Of a DNA stretch of 64,000 nt, positions 38,667 through 51,257 are shown piece by piece (within the stretch, counting starts at the first letter, position 1; each line of letters opens with the position of its first letter). A program made the translations under genes and the position numbers. Source of the stretch: Sphaerodactylus townsendi (Eukaryota); the NCBI RefSeq assembly GCF_021028975.2, contig NC_059427.1, positions 105,834,001-105,898,000 of the forward strand, read 5' to 3'. The notes under the pieces were generated by a model. It worked only from the letters and a program-made list of their open reading frames with translations, searched no databases and was not told the origin of the DNA.

Positions 38667-39342
38667 GAGTGGTGTAGCTGTAATGAGGACATCTGGGAAC
38701 AAACACCCTGGGCACAAACACCCAGAAAATCGCCCCCCACACTTCAGGCCAAGAGGCAGGCTTCGGCCTGCCCCTCAGGCAGCAAATGACCCAGCCATGG
38801 CACAGAGCAGCCAGGTGCTGCCCAGGCAGTCCTCTTGGGGCCTCTCCCGAGCCTGGCAGGGTGAAAGGGAAGGAGGAGGGCTGTGTCCTCCATCCCCCTT
38901 TGCCCCACCAGGCCAACCAGAGGCCACCGCGTGTTCCCTGCTGGGCCTGGCATGCCGCCCCAGCCTCCTCCTTGGAGTGCTGGGCCAACCCCGCTCATTG
39001 AATCCCTCTCCAGGAGGAGCAGGGCTGGCCTGACATGCCAAGGAGGAGGCTGGGATGGTATGACCCTCTCTTGGCACGTCCCTGGGATGGCGCGTCCCTG
39101 GGATGGTATGACCCTCCCTTGGCACGTCCCTCTCTTGGCACGTCCCAGCCTCCTCCTTGGTGCACAGGGTCAGCCTCGGATGTGCTGCCCCAGCCTCCTC
39201 CTTGGCATGCCACCCGATGACTGACCTCCCTGCTCCACCAGGTAAGTGTAGCACAGTGGTGGAGGTGGTGGTGTGGGGGCCCATGGGGAGGAGGAAAATG
39301 CAGAGTCCACCCCGAACTCAGTTTTCCCCATCTACGCCTCTG
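38667..39342. mobile_element. hAT-type MITE with internal repeats
   Basis: Termini GAGTGGTGTAG / CTACGCCTCTG. TSD GAAAACAA (38659-38666) / GAAAACAG (39343-39350). Internal CCAGCCTCCTCCTTGG repeats in both orientations. Confidence 0.8.
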
Positions 39343-42300
39343 GAAAACAGACACACAATTCACCAGTATGTGAACATGGATATGTTATATTTATATGTTA
39401 TGAAATCATCAGTTGCTTCAAATGTTCAAGTGTGGCTAAAGGGAATTCAGGAAGGCAATTTAATAAGACCTAATGCCCATATTTCTATCACCACAGGCAG
39501 ATACCCAATATAACAAATGTCATCGGAAGATGAAGATTTGGCTCATCTGCTTGTAATGACTTTCTCTATGGCATTTTTCTCTACTTGCTCCGTCTCTTTT
39601 CGTGTGCATGAGTAAAGAAAAGTGAACAGGATGGACTAAAAACTAGAGTGGAACAGAAGATGAATGGTCAGGGAAATAGAAATGTGGAATGTGGAATTGA
39701 GCATTTTGGTGGGAATAGATGTAAGGTTTTATGGAGAAATAGAGAGAAAAGTTATGAGAGGAGCTTTGCAGGAAAGAAGGTCAACTGGCATTCAAGACTG
39801 GGTACATGTGAGGAAAAAAGCTAGAGGAGCTATAGCTGTTAAATTTATGAAAATGTTAATGTGCAGCTTGGCTTTGAAATATTAACAATTCCTGTTATGT
39901 AGCCTGCTGGCCATCACTGACCTCTATCTCTTGCAGCATTTCCATAGGTTTGGTCTTTCTAGTGTTCTGTAGCTTCTCATCAATTTTGCAGTACTTCTTA
40001 CGAAGATATTCTTGTGAGACCTGGGTTACATGTTTCTGTGACTGGTTTCTCACTTTTGCTAGCACACTTTATACAGGCACTTATAGCGTGGATCATATTT
40101 GTTGCATGGGTATTATTTATATCAGTGGTGGCTGTTGGCAGGAACAAAAGATACTCATTGGCTTTTTATGCATGTGTCTTCTTCACTTTCAGCATACATT
40201 CACATCAGAGTTTTTCTTTATGCATGCGTTTTCCATTCCTCAATACTGACCCTGCTTTCAGTTCTGTTATCCCCCCACACATTTTGTGAATGCTCACAAA
40301 ACACAATTTTTTTATTCCTTCACTGGGAAGGAAAGAACACGGTGCGGCCGGGTTACTGCACCATGGGAGTGACTGGGTACGGGGCCCTGCTGGCACTCAA
40401 TGCCCCCATGTGACGAAATGGCATGCGCCCAGAGACATGGGATACCCCATGTCCGTTGCCATGCTATTTCTATTTAGCTTGCTTTGGGTTTCTTTATTCT
40501 GTCCCACCTTCCCCTTCACCAGAGGAGTCCCTCCTACTCTTCAGGCCACCATGCCAGGAGAATCAGAAGGGCTTTTTACAAAACAATTATTTTCATGTTG
40601 AAGGTCTATTGTTGGAGTGATAGACCCAGTGAAACAGACAAACGAATTGACATGGTCCTGCAAAGTAATGTTAGACCAAAGACAGCAGCGGGGGGAAAGG
40701 CAGCCAGCAACTTCCCCAAATGGAGGTTGGATGGAAACAATGAGGAAGCGGTGGGCTAGCAAAATGACAGATCGGCTTGACTAAGCACACTTTGCAGGAG
40801 GAGAATCCCTGTGCAAATAAAAAAACCCATGGGAAAATCCCACTGCAAAGCAAACAGCTGCAGAGTAAGTAGTGCATGCATCTTACTTAAATGACATTGC
40901 TTAAACAGTCAAAACTCCACAAGCAGCATCACACTAATATAATCTCCAAAATTAATCGCTTTTACAATTGATTACTGCCTGCAAAAATGTAATTCTTATA
41001 TCTTGTCAGATAGTAGCCACTGAATGAAACTTTGTGAAGATAAGATTTATAAGAAAAAAGATGCCCTACATATTTCTGTCTCAAATATCCCAACAATGGC
41101 AGAAACACAAAATGTGTTCCAGCGTCTTTGTACAGCCATGCCCACAATCACAACTTCTATCTGAACAGGAAATGCTTGCAAAATACCCTTTCATGACTCT
41201 AGATGGAAAAGCATTTGGCCTAGTTAACATGAACACTCTTCTGTATTGATGCACTCTTAAATTAAAGACATTGTGGAATGAAATATGAGGAGATCAAGCC
41301 AAAAGAGGCAACTGAGCAAACTTGCTGAGCCCTCTCCTGCTTACTACTAAGATCAAGAAATGTCATCATTGCTTTGATTTCATTCACCTCGTATTCTTCA
41401 CTGAGATTAAAACTCAACAGTTGCAATCTATTTACACAACTTTTTTATTCCTTCACTGGGAAGGAAGGAACCCAGAAGGAAGGAACTTCTTTTTCCAAGA
41501 AGGCACCAAATGATGTTTTCCAATAAGGCTTAGAAACCACTCTTTAGACACAAGTGTTTTATTGTATAGTGAAAAGGCTCATTGCCATGCAAGGACTTCC
41601 AGGGATTTCTGACCTAATTCCACTCTGAATGCTACCCTACAAACACAGTTGGGCATCCCTAAAATAGAACAGAGAAATTGTGTTAATGATTGATCAATGG
41701 TTTCATCCACCATATTGATCAAGACTCCACAGTAATTGGGCGAAGGGTCACCTTGGTATTAAATGCTTTGATTGCTCCAGGTATAAATTTCCCACCTCTG
41801 GTGTAGTGCTTGTATAAATGGCTTTAGCATCCTTCCTACCCTTCCTTTTACTTTTCAAATGCAATTCCAACAGAAAATGAAGGTCATCCACTGACACATC
41901 AGCATCAGTAATCAAGCTCGAATACCCCTTCGTTGGCTCCAAAAAATGCAAGAATGTAACATATGCCAGAGCAGAATTATATTTTAATGGCATTAATAAT
42001 TTAATGGCACTCATATCTTTGGGTGGAACTCTTACTGTTTTCTGCTTTCCTTTTATTCAGTTTTAATGCTTGCCCTTTTTCCTCAAGCAAAAACTGAGAC
42101 TTTAGGTTGCTAGCTGCAAAAAGTCATCTCAGAATAGAATATTCAGCATAATTGGGTCTGGTTTTCTTTTTGGCTTATCGATTTAAATTAAATAGTTAAT
42201 CAATTTCCCATTTTTTTAATTCAGTTCCAATGTAGGAAACAACTTTAAATGTTTCCAGTGGGGAAAAAAAATCACCTTTCAGACACATGCAACTTATTGG

Positions 42301-42461
42301 TAGATATAATGTTTGGCAAATCTAGCTTCAGTGATGTCATCTTTTGGAAAAGTGGGTCCTAAATTTTATGCCAATTGAGGTGCATTTGAGGTACATACAA
42401 TTTGACAATAAATGTATTTATTTAAAGATATCCATTTAATACATTTCTATGCCCCTTTTCC

Positions 42462-42836
42462 CAGTGGCATGGGGGGGGGATGGCACCCAGGGCAAAATGG
42501 CACCTGGCCCTACCCCCCCCCCACTTACCTTAATTCCCCTCTCCTGCCCCTTAGTTCCTCTCTCCTGCAGCTTATTGGGAACTACACTTCCTAGGAGACC
42601 TTGCAAGCCCCACCCCCAGGGAGACCTCTGCAGGAGTTGGGACTCACAAGGTCTCCTAGGAAGCGTAGTTCCCACTAAGCTGCAGGAGAGAGCAACTAAG
42701 AGGCTTTTTCAGCCAGCTGCTCTTTGCAGCCGGCTGAATTAAGGTAAGTGAGGGCCGAGGGGAGGGGAGGGGGAAGGGAGAGCAGTGTAGGGGTTGATTT
42801 TCTACCCCCACATGACCCCAATGGTGCACACCCTAC
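42462..42836. mobile_element. hAT-type MITE fragment containing a long hairpin
   Basis: Left terminus CAGTGGCATGG...GGCACCCAGGGCAAAATGG. Right end eroded. 54-bp inverted arms at 42550-42603 and 42647-42700. Confidence 0.55.
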
Positions 42837-43792
42837 CTTATAACAGAGCTAAGTCATTGCCCAATATTGCTACAGTATCAATTCAGAAAGTGTCCATCTT
42901 GCATCCAGGGGACAGTGAAGAAGCAAAATTTATACTGGTAGGCTGAATAGAAATAAGTAGATTTGGCAATAAAACGTGGACTGGCTCACAAAACTGGAGT
43001 AGATGACAAAGTTTTTTTTCTCTGCAAACAAAGCCTCAGAATCTGGAAAGTATTTTTCTTTGTTCTTGAGTTCAGCCCTGCCTTGGCAGTATCCCACCAG
43101 CCTCCCAGTCCTTTGCACACAGTTCCTCTATAGTCACCTTGGCTCCCCTGCTTCACAATTAGCTTTTCATCCACACTAATTTCCTTTAGCATCTATATCT
43201 TTGTTTCATTTTTACCACAGGTGCATGTTTCTCTTCTCCTGCCAACTAGATTGCAAATTCTGCCCTCTGAGTATAAAACTCAGGTTTTGCAATCAGAACA
43301 AATTATGCAGATTAGGCCAAATCTATTTAACTTTTAAATCTGATTGTGATTAATATACAATTTATGCAAAGGTGAGAATTTAGGGCGTTTGCTTATGAAA
43401 CGTGATTACCATCGTCTTCCTGCCTATATTCACATTGCCTTCACTAGGTAGCCACCCCTGAACACAGCTATTATTTTTATAGTTACTTATAATAGCAGTA
43501 GCTCTCTGTGTTCTAATTATTTCTTTCTTCCTTGCATTTTTGTATGATTTGTTGAGCCTTTTTCTTCTGTGTTACTATTAGTTGGAGTCCATGTTTTGTT
43601 CAATATTAGCCTTGTCTGCAGATTGCAATAAAGCTTTTCCTGATGCTGTTTTTTGAGTCAAGTTTGCTACCAGTCATTCTGTTTTACATTTGAAAGCTTT
43701 CACATTGTTTTTGACCCACGACTGTGGGAAAAGGAACTACTGGAAGAAGATGAAAGCTCGTTAGCAGCTGCTTTGCTGTTAGGCTGTGTCAA

Positions 43793-43995
43793 TATGGCAT
43801 AGTGGTTATATATCAGATTGGGACCAGAGAGACCCATTTCCAATGTTTCCTTTATTTATTTTTTGGAGTTCACTGGGTGACTTCTCTTAGTCACTCTCTT
43901 TCAGCTTCTCCTACCTTATAACAGGATAAAATGGAAGAGGGGGGAGATCTATGCACACCATCTGAGTTCCTTAGAATAAAGGCAGGGTAAAAATG
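43793..43995 (+). mobile_element. Decayed MIR/Squam3-like SINE
   Basis: TGGCATAGTGGTTA A-box-like head, CTGGGTGACTT...AGTCACTCTCTTTCAGC core and AGGATAAAATGG. Confidence 0.65.
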
Positions 43996-45400
43996 TAATA
44001 GTCATTTGCAATTTTCTGTTGCCTTTTTGTACTGGATAACGCACCAGACATTCTTTGGCATGGCAATAGGATGGGATCTCACACTTTCTCCCATTTCCAG
44101 ACTGAAAGCGAACTACAAGACATGGCATCCAGCTGAAGGCTACTCATTGAGTTCATTGATGAAGTAAGATTACAATCTAGACTTTCTTTAATTCAGTTGA
44201 ATTTAATTCATTTTAATATAATGTTATTTGAGGAACCACACTGACTCTACTTAAAGTATTAAACTGGATCACCAGTGACCTGTCTTCTCTCTCCATCTTT
44301 ATGCAAACTGTTCTTTTAATTACTTTCTCAAAAATAGTTATCTTTGTACAATATTGTATTAATCTCACAAACATTCTCCCTCTTTTTTTCAGCCTAAGGA
44401 ACTTGAGATGTAATTTTAGAAAAGAGAAATTCCTCTTTGCACCATTTGCACCAAATTCCAGAACTATGTCTACATCTGAGGTTGAAATTTTGGAGGGGAA
44501 CCCTCAAACATCTTATTAAATTAGAGTAATTCTTCATCTCCCCCAGCTTTCTAGTTGGTTCCTGAGGACCCCCTTCAAGGATTTGTGTCTTGCCTCCTTA
44601 AAGTCGTTGCAATTCTGAGTTGTACCTGGAAACTTTGTAACATTTCAATGTCAGTTAGTGTGATTGAGTGGAAGAATTCAATGCCTTGTCTTTTGGCCAA
44701 GGGATTAAAACATTGCCCCTGGCAATGAGCTCTTTCTCCAAATATTGCTGAGATTGTAGGAAGAGGAAAGCAAAAACAGATAACCAAGTCAGACAGCAGG
44801 AGCTCCTGGAGGGACGTATTAATGATTGTGATTGGCAGCATGCATATGATTTATCCCTGGCCAGAAGGTCTTAGGCTGGTATTAACTCAGATGGAAGGAA
44901 TTTGAATTCTCAGAGAGGTCAGACTGTCCTGTCCCACATCCAGTGTGTGTGTAGCTGAATGGAACAACTAAATAAGCTATCTATGTCCTGAGGGAATACC
45001 TGTATTGATAACACTAATTACAGGAGAAATTCAATGACACCGTAGGGCAGAAGGAGTTCCATTTATTATTGTGAAAATGTTTGGGATTCTGCAGGCCCCA
45101 ATGACTGTGCTTGGAGGAGTCATGCTTTTAGACACAATTAATAAAGCATACTGTGTCTTTCCTCAGTTAATAAACTGTACTGTCTTAATTTTGTCTGTAA
45201 ACCACAGACTTCTTTATAGTTAAAATGAAGGGTCCTTGCCATAAAGAGATTTGGCTACCTTCTGTGGCACAGTGAGAGAAACATGGAAATAAATACATCT
45301 TGTCATGATGTGGCTCTGAAGATGTTAGCCATAGATGTAGGGAAAACATTAGGATGAAAAATAAAACATGCATTCAATCCAAAACAAAAACAAAAACCTA

Positions 45401-45905
45401 GGCCCTTTCTGCACAGGCCTCCGGGCGCCCTCACACCGGCAAGAATTCTGCCGGCATGGGGGTGGAGGCCGTTCGCCTTGCATAAGTGTGCAAGCGGCCC
45501 CCCAGCAGAGAGCCACGGCCTTGGGAGAGCCGACTCCGCATGGAGACCTCTTCCCCGTCCCTCTTGCACTTGCCTGCGTTGCATGCATTAAGCCCTGCTG
45601 TCTTCCTAAGCCCACCCGCGCTGCCCTCCGACCTCCAGGGTGGGGAGGACAGCTGGTAGGCTTCTTTGTGTCAAGACGAAAGCTAGCATGTTCCGGTGCT
45701 GGTAGCACCCGTGCCGCGAGAACAAGCTGTTTCCTCAAAACACCCACTGAGGGGTGGTGTTTTGAGGAGCAACCTGGCCTTACCGCCCTGAGGGAGGGGA
45801 GCCAGGTCGGCTGCTGCGTTTCATGGCGCCACATACCAATGGCTCTGTGACCTGGGGAAGTAGTTTTTTGTTGTCCCAGACATACGTTTTGGCCAGAAAG
45901 GGGCC
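45401..45905. mobile_element. PIF/Harbinger-like MITE
   Basis: TIRs GGCCCTTTCTG / CAGAAAGGGGCC. 3-bp flank CTA on both sides (45398-45400, 45906-45908; TAG in an alternative register). CpG-rich. Confidence 0.75.
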
Positions 45906-45984
45906 CTAGCTTTGTGTTGCCTTTTTCAACCTTCAAGGAGCCTTTGATTCTATTTAAAAAAAATGCTTTGTGGAATAAATTATT

Positions 45985-48331
45985 ACAATGAGAAATGGAG
46001 AGTGGGTAACAGAGAAAGTGAACAAGTTAAAAGCTTTAGATACCTTGGGGTTCTTTTTCATTACAAACTAAACTGGTCTATGCAGCTATCCTGTTCTTTT
46101 GCTGCAGTCTAGTGGAAACCATTTTGTGTCAGCAGCCATACAAGCGTTCCAGGCCAAAGTGATTTCCCAGTTGTTACATGGGATGCCAGTTTGGATACAA
46201 CCTTATAATAAGGAGATCGAATTAATTCATGCAACATTATTCTACTGTATCCTTGGTACCCTAAATTCAGTTGGTTACTTCACCTTATGTGCTGAGTTGG
46301 GTCAAAACCTAGACCTTGGATTTCGAACTTTGGTCATGGCTCTATTTTTATATTCTAACTGCATAGTCTAAAAGCTCATTTGCTTGCTGACTCATATAGC
46401 TTTAAATGGTATTTCTGAGTTTAACATAAAATTAACACCTTTGTTGTCCACTCTGATGAAGTCTGTTTATTTCAGATGATTAAAAGAAGAATCTGAAACA
46501 CTGAAAAATGGACATTAGATGCTGGACTGAATAAGATTTGCTTCTCATGCTCTCATGATCTATCCTTGTCACAGAGTACTATGAATACATTCTGCAGTGG
46601 TTACTCGAAGATATTTGAATATTCCTCACAAAGAAAGATTTTGCTATTACCAACATAAAGAATCTGAAACTATTGTACATCTCCTTTGCACTGTCCATTG
46701 TAAACTCATCTGCATTTTCAATTGATTTAGCCCCTTCTGCAAGCCCCAATAAGACTGAACAACCAACATATTACATTTCTGATAATGTTTGATAATAATA
46801 TCGTTATAAATTTTAAGTTCAGTTGATCAGAATCAAGTAATTCTATTTATTCTGAAAACCTTCTTATCCTTTTTTTTAAAATGCGTCTGGAGGTACGCTC
46901 GGTATACCTGCAGCTTGACCAGGTGGGATCATTGTTGGTATTGTTAGATCTAACCGCAGCGTTTGATATGGTCGACCACGATCTTTTGACCCACCGCCTG
47001 GCTGCTTCCGGGGTACGGGGCACTGTCCTTCAATGGATTGCCTCGTTCCTCCGGGATCGGAGTCAGCAAGTGTGGTGTGGGGACCGAGCCTCCCGGCGGT
47101 GCCCACTTCATTGTGGGAGTGCCTCGGGAGAGGCGCTACTGTCCCCGCTGTTATTTAATATCTACATGCGACCCCTTGCTCCAGCTGAGTGCGAAGCTTT
47201 GGGCTGATCTCTGTCATCAATGCGCTGATGATGACTCAGCTCATTCTGTTGATGGAGGCCCGGTCGCCAGCCCCTGCAGCTCTCCAGCACTGTTTGGAGG
47301 GCGGTTGCTGGTTAGTTGCAACAGAGCAGGTTAAAACTTAATCCATCGAAGGCCGGAGATCCTCTGGCTTGAATTACGTGGGGGGGAGGGTGAGAATTTC
47401 CAACCCGCCCGGTGTGGGAGGGGGCCTCGTAGGCGCCGGCCCCCTCGGTCCGCAACCTGGGGGGTCCACCTGGATTCGTCTCTTTCGATGGAGACCCAGG
47501 TGGCCCCTTATAACCCGGGTTGCGTTTTTTCATCTTCGACGAGCCCGGTGGCTGGTTCCCCTCCTCTCCCACACAGACCTGGCCACTGTGATCCATACAG
47601 CGGTCACCTCCAGGCTGGACTATTGTAACTTCGCTCGACGCGGGCCTGCCCTTGTGGTTGATCCGGAGGTTACAACTGGTCCAAAATGCAGCAGCCCGGC
47701 TGCTCATGGGGGGTGCCTTCTGTGATCATATTCAACCAATACTAAGCAGCCTGCGTTGGCTCCCGGTTGAATTCCGGATCATCTTACTTCAGGTATGGGT
47801 ACTTAGCTTTGGGCCTGCCACAGCGGCCTGGGACCCTCATACCTTGAGGGACCGCATTACCCCATATGTCCCTACTGGGCCTCTACGTTCAGCCCGGGCC
47901 AATTTATAGTAATAGTCCCTGGCCCCTCAATGATGCGGCTGGCAGCAGCGCCTCGGGCCAGGACTTTTACAGCCCTGGCCCCTGCCTGGTGGAACACTCT
48001 TCCTCCAGCTGTCCGGGCCCTGCGGGATCTTGGTGAGTTCCGCAGGGCCTGCAAGACAAAGTTGTTCCACTGGGCCTTTGGAGTGTCCAGCCGCTGATAT
48101 AAGTGCCCCCGCCTCCTCCTACATTTTGGGCCCATTACCATCTATGGGCCCACTCTTTTTCTCCCCTTCTGGGAGAGTTTAACAGGGATTGTTGCGGGCA
48201 TTGCTGTTATTAGTCGTTCTTAATTGCTGCATTTTAACTTAAATTATTTACAGTCTATTATGTAACTGTTATTTTATGTTGTTCACCGCCCAGAGCCCTT
48301 CGGGGGTTGGGCGGTCTATAAGACTGAGAAA

Positions 48332-48370
<39 letters not shown>

Positions 48371-48400
48371 AATGCCAATAAAGGTTTAGATTGTGATTGT
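45985..48400 (+). mobile_element. Old non-LTR retrotransposon 3' portion (RTE-X-like), interrupted by a young L2
   Basis: Translated motifs EQVKSFRYLGV (about 46020-46052), FQAKVISQLLHGMPVW (46147-46194) and ETIVHLL..C-like knuckle remnant (about 46665-46700). The 3' end GCCAATAAAGGTTTAGATTGTGATTGT resumes after the L2. Clade assignment is inferred. Confidence 0.55.
46885..48367 (+). mobile_element. 5'-truncated young L2-clade LINE (RT domain plus 3' UTR, (TAAA)n tail)
   Basis: LLDLTAAFDMVDH, LQWIASFLRDRSQQV, LSPLLFNIYMRPL, QCADD (47218-47232), VTSRLDYCN, LQLVQNAAARLL and LRWLPVEFRI across shifted frames. About 10x TAAA tail. 8-bp TSD TAAAATGC (46877-46884 / 48368-48375). Confidence 0.95.
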
Positions 48401-48912
48401 GGCTGAGCCTTCAGGGAAGATGTCAATGTGTCAGGCAAACCCCCTTGATATCAAAGCTTTTGAATTAATATAAGGAATATCTTACCTTTGCTCCATGAGT
48501 TTGGACTGTCTATGATATCAAGAAATGACTTATAGAGCCTTCAGAAATCACACTATGGGCTTGCATAGCGACAGTAATTAATTTGTATCATTTTTTTCTG
48601 ACTATGTATTCTTGATTGACCCATGCTGAGTCACACACAAGTCTAACTAGTCCAGACTTTTTTTTTGTTTTAAAGAATGTCAGGAATCATCAGGAACTAA
48701 GTGGATCATTCACCAACAAATGGATCATTCACCAACCCTTACACTACAATATTTATAAGATGTTTTCATTCAGAGTTTTGATAGTGAAGGAAAGACAGGA
48801 ATTGGATATTATAATTGGCAAAATTGTTACCTACTGTAAGTTCCTGGGATGGGATATGCTAGAAATCCATCAAATGAAATGGCCATCCTAAGTAGCCCTT
48901 CTTCAGTAACTA

Positions 48913-49144
48913 CCGTGTTTCCCCGAATATAAGACAGTGTCTTATATTAATTTTTGCTCCCAAAGATGCTCTATGTCTTATTTTCAGGAGATGTCTTATT
49001 TTTCTGTGTTCTGTTCGTCGGGCATGCTTCCAAACAAAAACTTTGCTATGTCTTACTTTCGGGGGATGCCTTATATTTCGCACTTCAGCAAAACCTCTAC
49101 TATGTCTTATTCTTCAGGGATGTCTTATATTAGGGGAAACAGGG
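48913..49144. mobile_element. Tc1/mariner-superfamily (Tc2/Tigger-like) MITE
   Basis: TIRs CCGTGTTTCCCCGAATATAAGAC / GTCTTATATTAGGGGAAACAGGG (21/23), TA on both sides, internal ATGTCTTA repeats. Confidence 0.9.
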
Positions 49145-50269
49145 TATGCTGTGTAACTTCTAGCCCTATTTATTTTTAAAAAGCCCTTTAATTTCCATGC
49201 ATTATTTCTATCATGTGACAAATACAAAGATGGCATCATATAAATAATAAGATTAATAAATATTTGATTGAAGTTATTTTCAATTCCTTTCTCCACATTT
49301 ATATACACACATATATAAATGTTAATCTGAGAAGTTTTTCTTCGACTATAGCAAGGAGGTCTTACAACAAAAGATTCCCCCCAAGGTTATTTATTGTCTC
49401 CTGCTTTTATCTTTCTACAAGCACCATTTTTCATTCACAAGTGATAATCTGCTTTAAAGCAATGCACACTCATCATTTTAGCAAGGGAAAGATCATGACC
49501 ATCCCTTAAGGGAGCAGCAAGCACTGAGTCAGTATGAGGAATCTCAGGCCACAGTTTCAACAGTACATTTATTTATTTATGTAGCTTATTTTTATTCCAC
49601 CTTTCTCACCTTCAGTGAGCAAACAGGATGACCCCAAGTGACTCCATGCTCTTTGAGTGTGCTTTGAAGATGAGATTTTTGTTCATTCATTTGTGATAGG
49701 AAGAAAGGACTCACTAATTGGTTGGGTACCTAAAGATAGAGAAAAAGCTTCATTGAAAACCTGGGAGCACATCACAGTCAATTCGAGAGAATATAGCAAT
49801 TCTTCTCCCCGTACCATCACTGCCAGAAGAATCAATTTGATATCATGTTTAGGTCAGAAATGTTAATATGGTAAATAATATATCCTATTTGTGTCAAAGC
49901 TAACATAACTTTTGCGTATATCAACCAATAGATATTAGGTGAAGATATAAAAATGTCAGATTCCATTCAGGTTTCATGTAATTTAAAAAACTTTAGCAGG
50001 GTTCTTTAATATTGGACAAGAAGTTTAGTCATATAAAGAAATCAATCTTATAAAGGTTTCCATTGATTCCAGTTCACTGGATAACTTCCCTCCCAATAAA
50101 ACAAGACTGAAATTTTCAGGGACTGTATCCCTCATCCTAAAAGCCTCACTCCCAAATTTCAGACAGATGGAAGAAAGCTTTCCTGTTTTACTCCGCAATT
50201 CAAATCACACAGAACAGTCACAGGAAAGTGTGAGTTGCTATGTTTGAATGAACTTTTCCTGTCCAGGGA

Positions 50270-50460
50270 NNNNNNNNNNNNNNNNNNNNNNNNNNNNNNN
50301 NNNNNNNNNNNNNNNNNNNNNNNNNNNNNNNNNNNNNNNNNNNNNNNNNNNNNNNNNNNNNNNNNNNNNNNNNNNNNNNNNNNNNNNNNNNNNNNNNNNN
50401 NNNNNNNNNNNNNNNNNNNNNNNNNNNNNNNNNNNNNNNNNNNNNNNNNNNNNNNNNNNN
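50270..50460. other. Assembly gap (191 N)
   Basis: Run of N. Confidence 0.99.
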
Positions 50461-51257
50461 CCTCTTTCCACATTGCTGCATTCCTGTTTCTTTCTGCATT
50501 TTTATAAAATTGAATGGACTTTTAATGTTAGGAGAAAATTCACCTCAAACAAGATAAGCACAATAAGGTAAGGAAGCTATGGATTAGGGTTAACTCCCTA
50601 CAACAGCTCCCACTCCTTGAGGAGAGACAGAGGCCCAAAAGGGAGGGAAATATGTTGCTGGGGATGGATGTTTGATAGCTGTTGATGGCCTAGACACTCC
50701 CCACCTAACTCACATGCACACACAGGCCTTTTATATCAACAATCCTGTCAGGAAACTATCAAATAAGCTACCACCAAAATCTGAGGTAAAAAGTGATCTA
50801 AAGAGAGGCTTTTGAAAGATAAAACAAAACCAGATTTTATTTTACAAGCGTTTTTTCTCAGGTGGTTGTTTCAGAGAAGTACTTAAGCATTTCTGGTTTC
50901 TTTAGGCGGATTTTTCCTTAGTGGTTACAGAGCAAATGCTGTTTCTTAAATGGCTGTATCAGTTACAAGATATAGCTTCACTTAAAGATGACTGTTTCAG
51001 TTTCCAGATTACTTCACATATAGTTTCACGCATGCACAGGTATCTCTATTTAGGTTAAACAAAATCTTGAACACTCTCCTAAAACTCCCACCCTTAACTT
51101 CATAGGGAACTCACACTGGCTTGGGACAGAATAAGCTCTGAGGTTTCACTAAACCCACTCTTAACTCTGCCAGTTAAGCTATACACACCCTCATGGGCTC
51201 AAAGACACCAGTATCTAGGTGTGGTCTCCTCATGAGACAATAGCCAAGCACTCTGTG

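Noticed and set aside
50159-50571. ORFs spanning X runs (also 7434-7802)
   Set aside because: Artefacts of translating N gaps.
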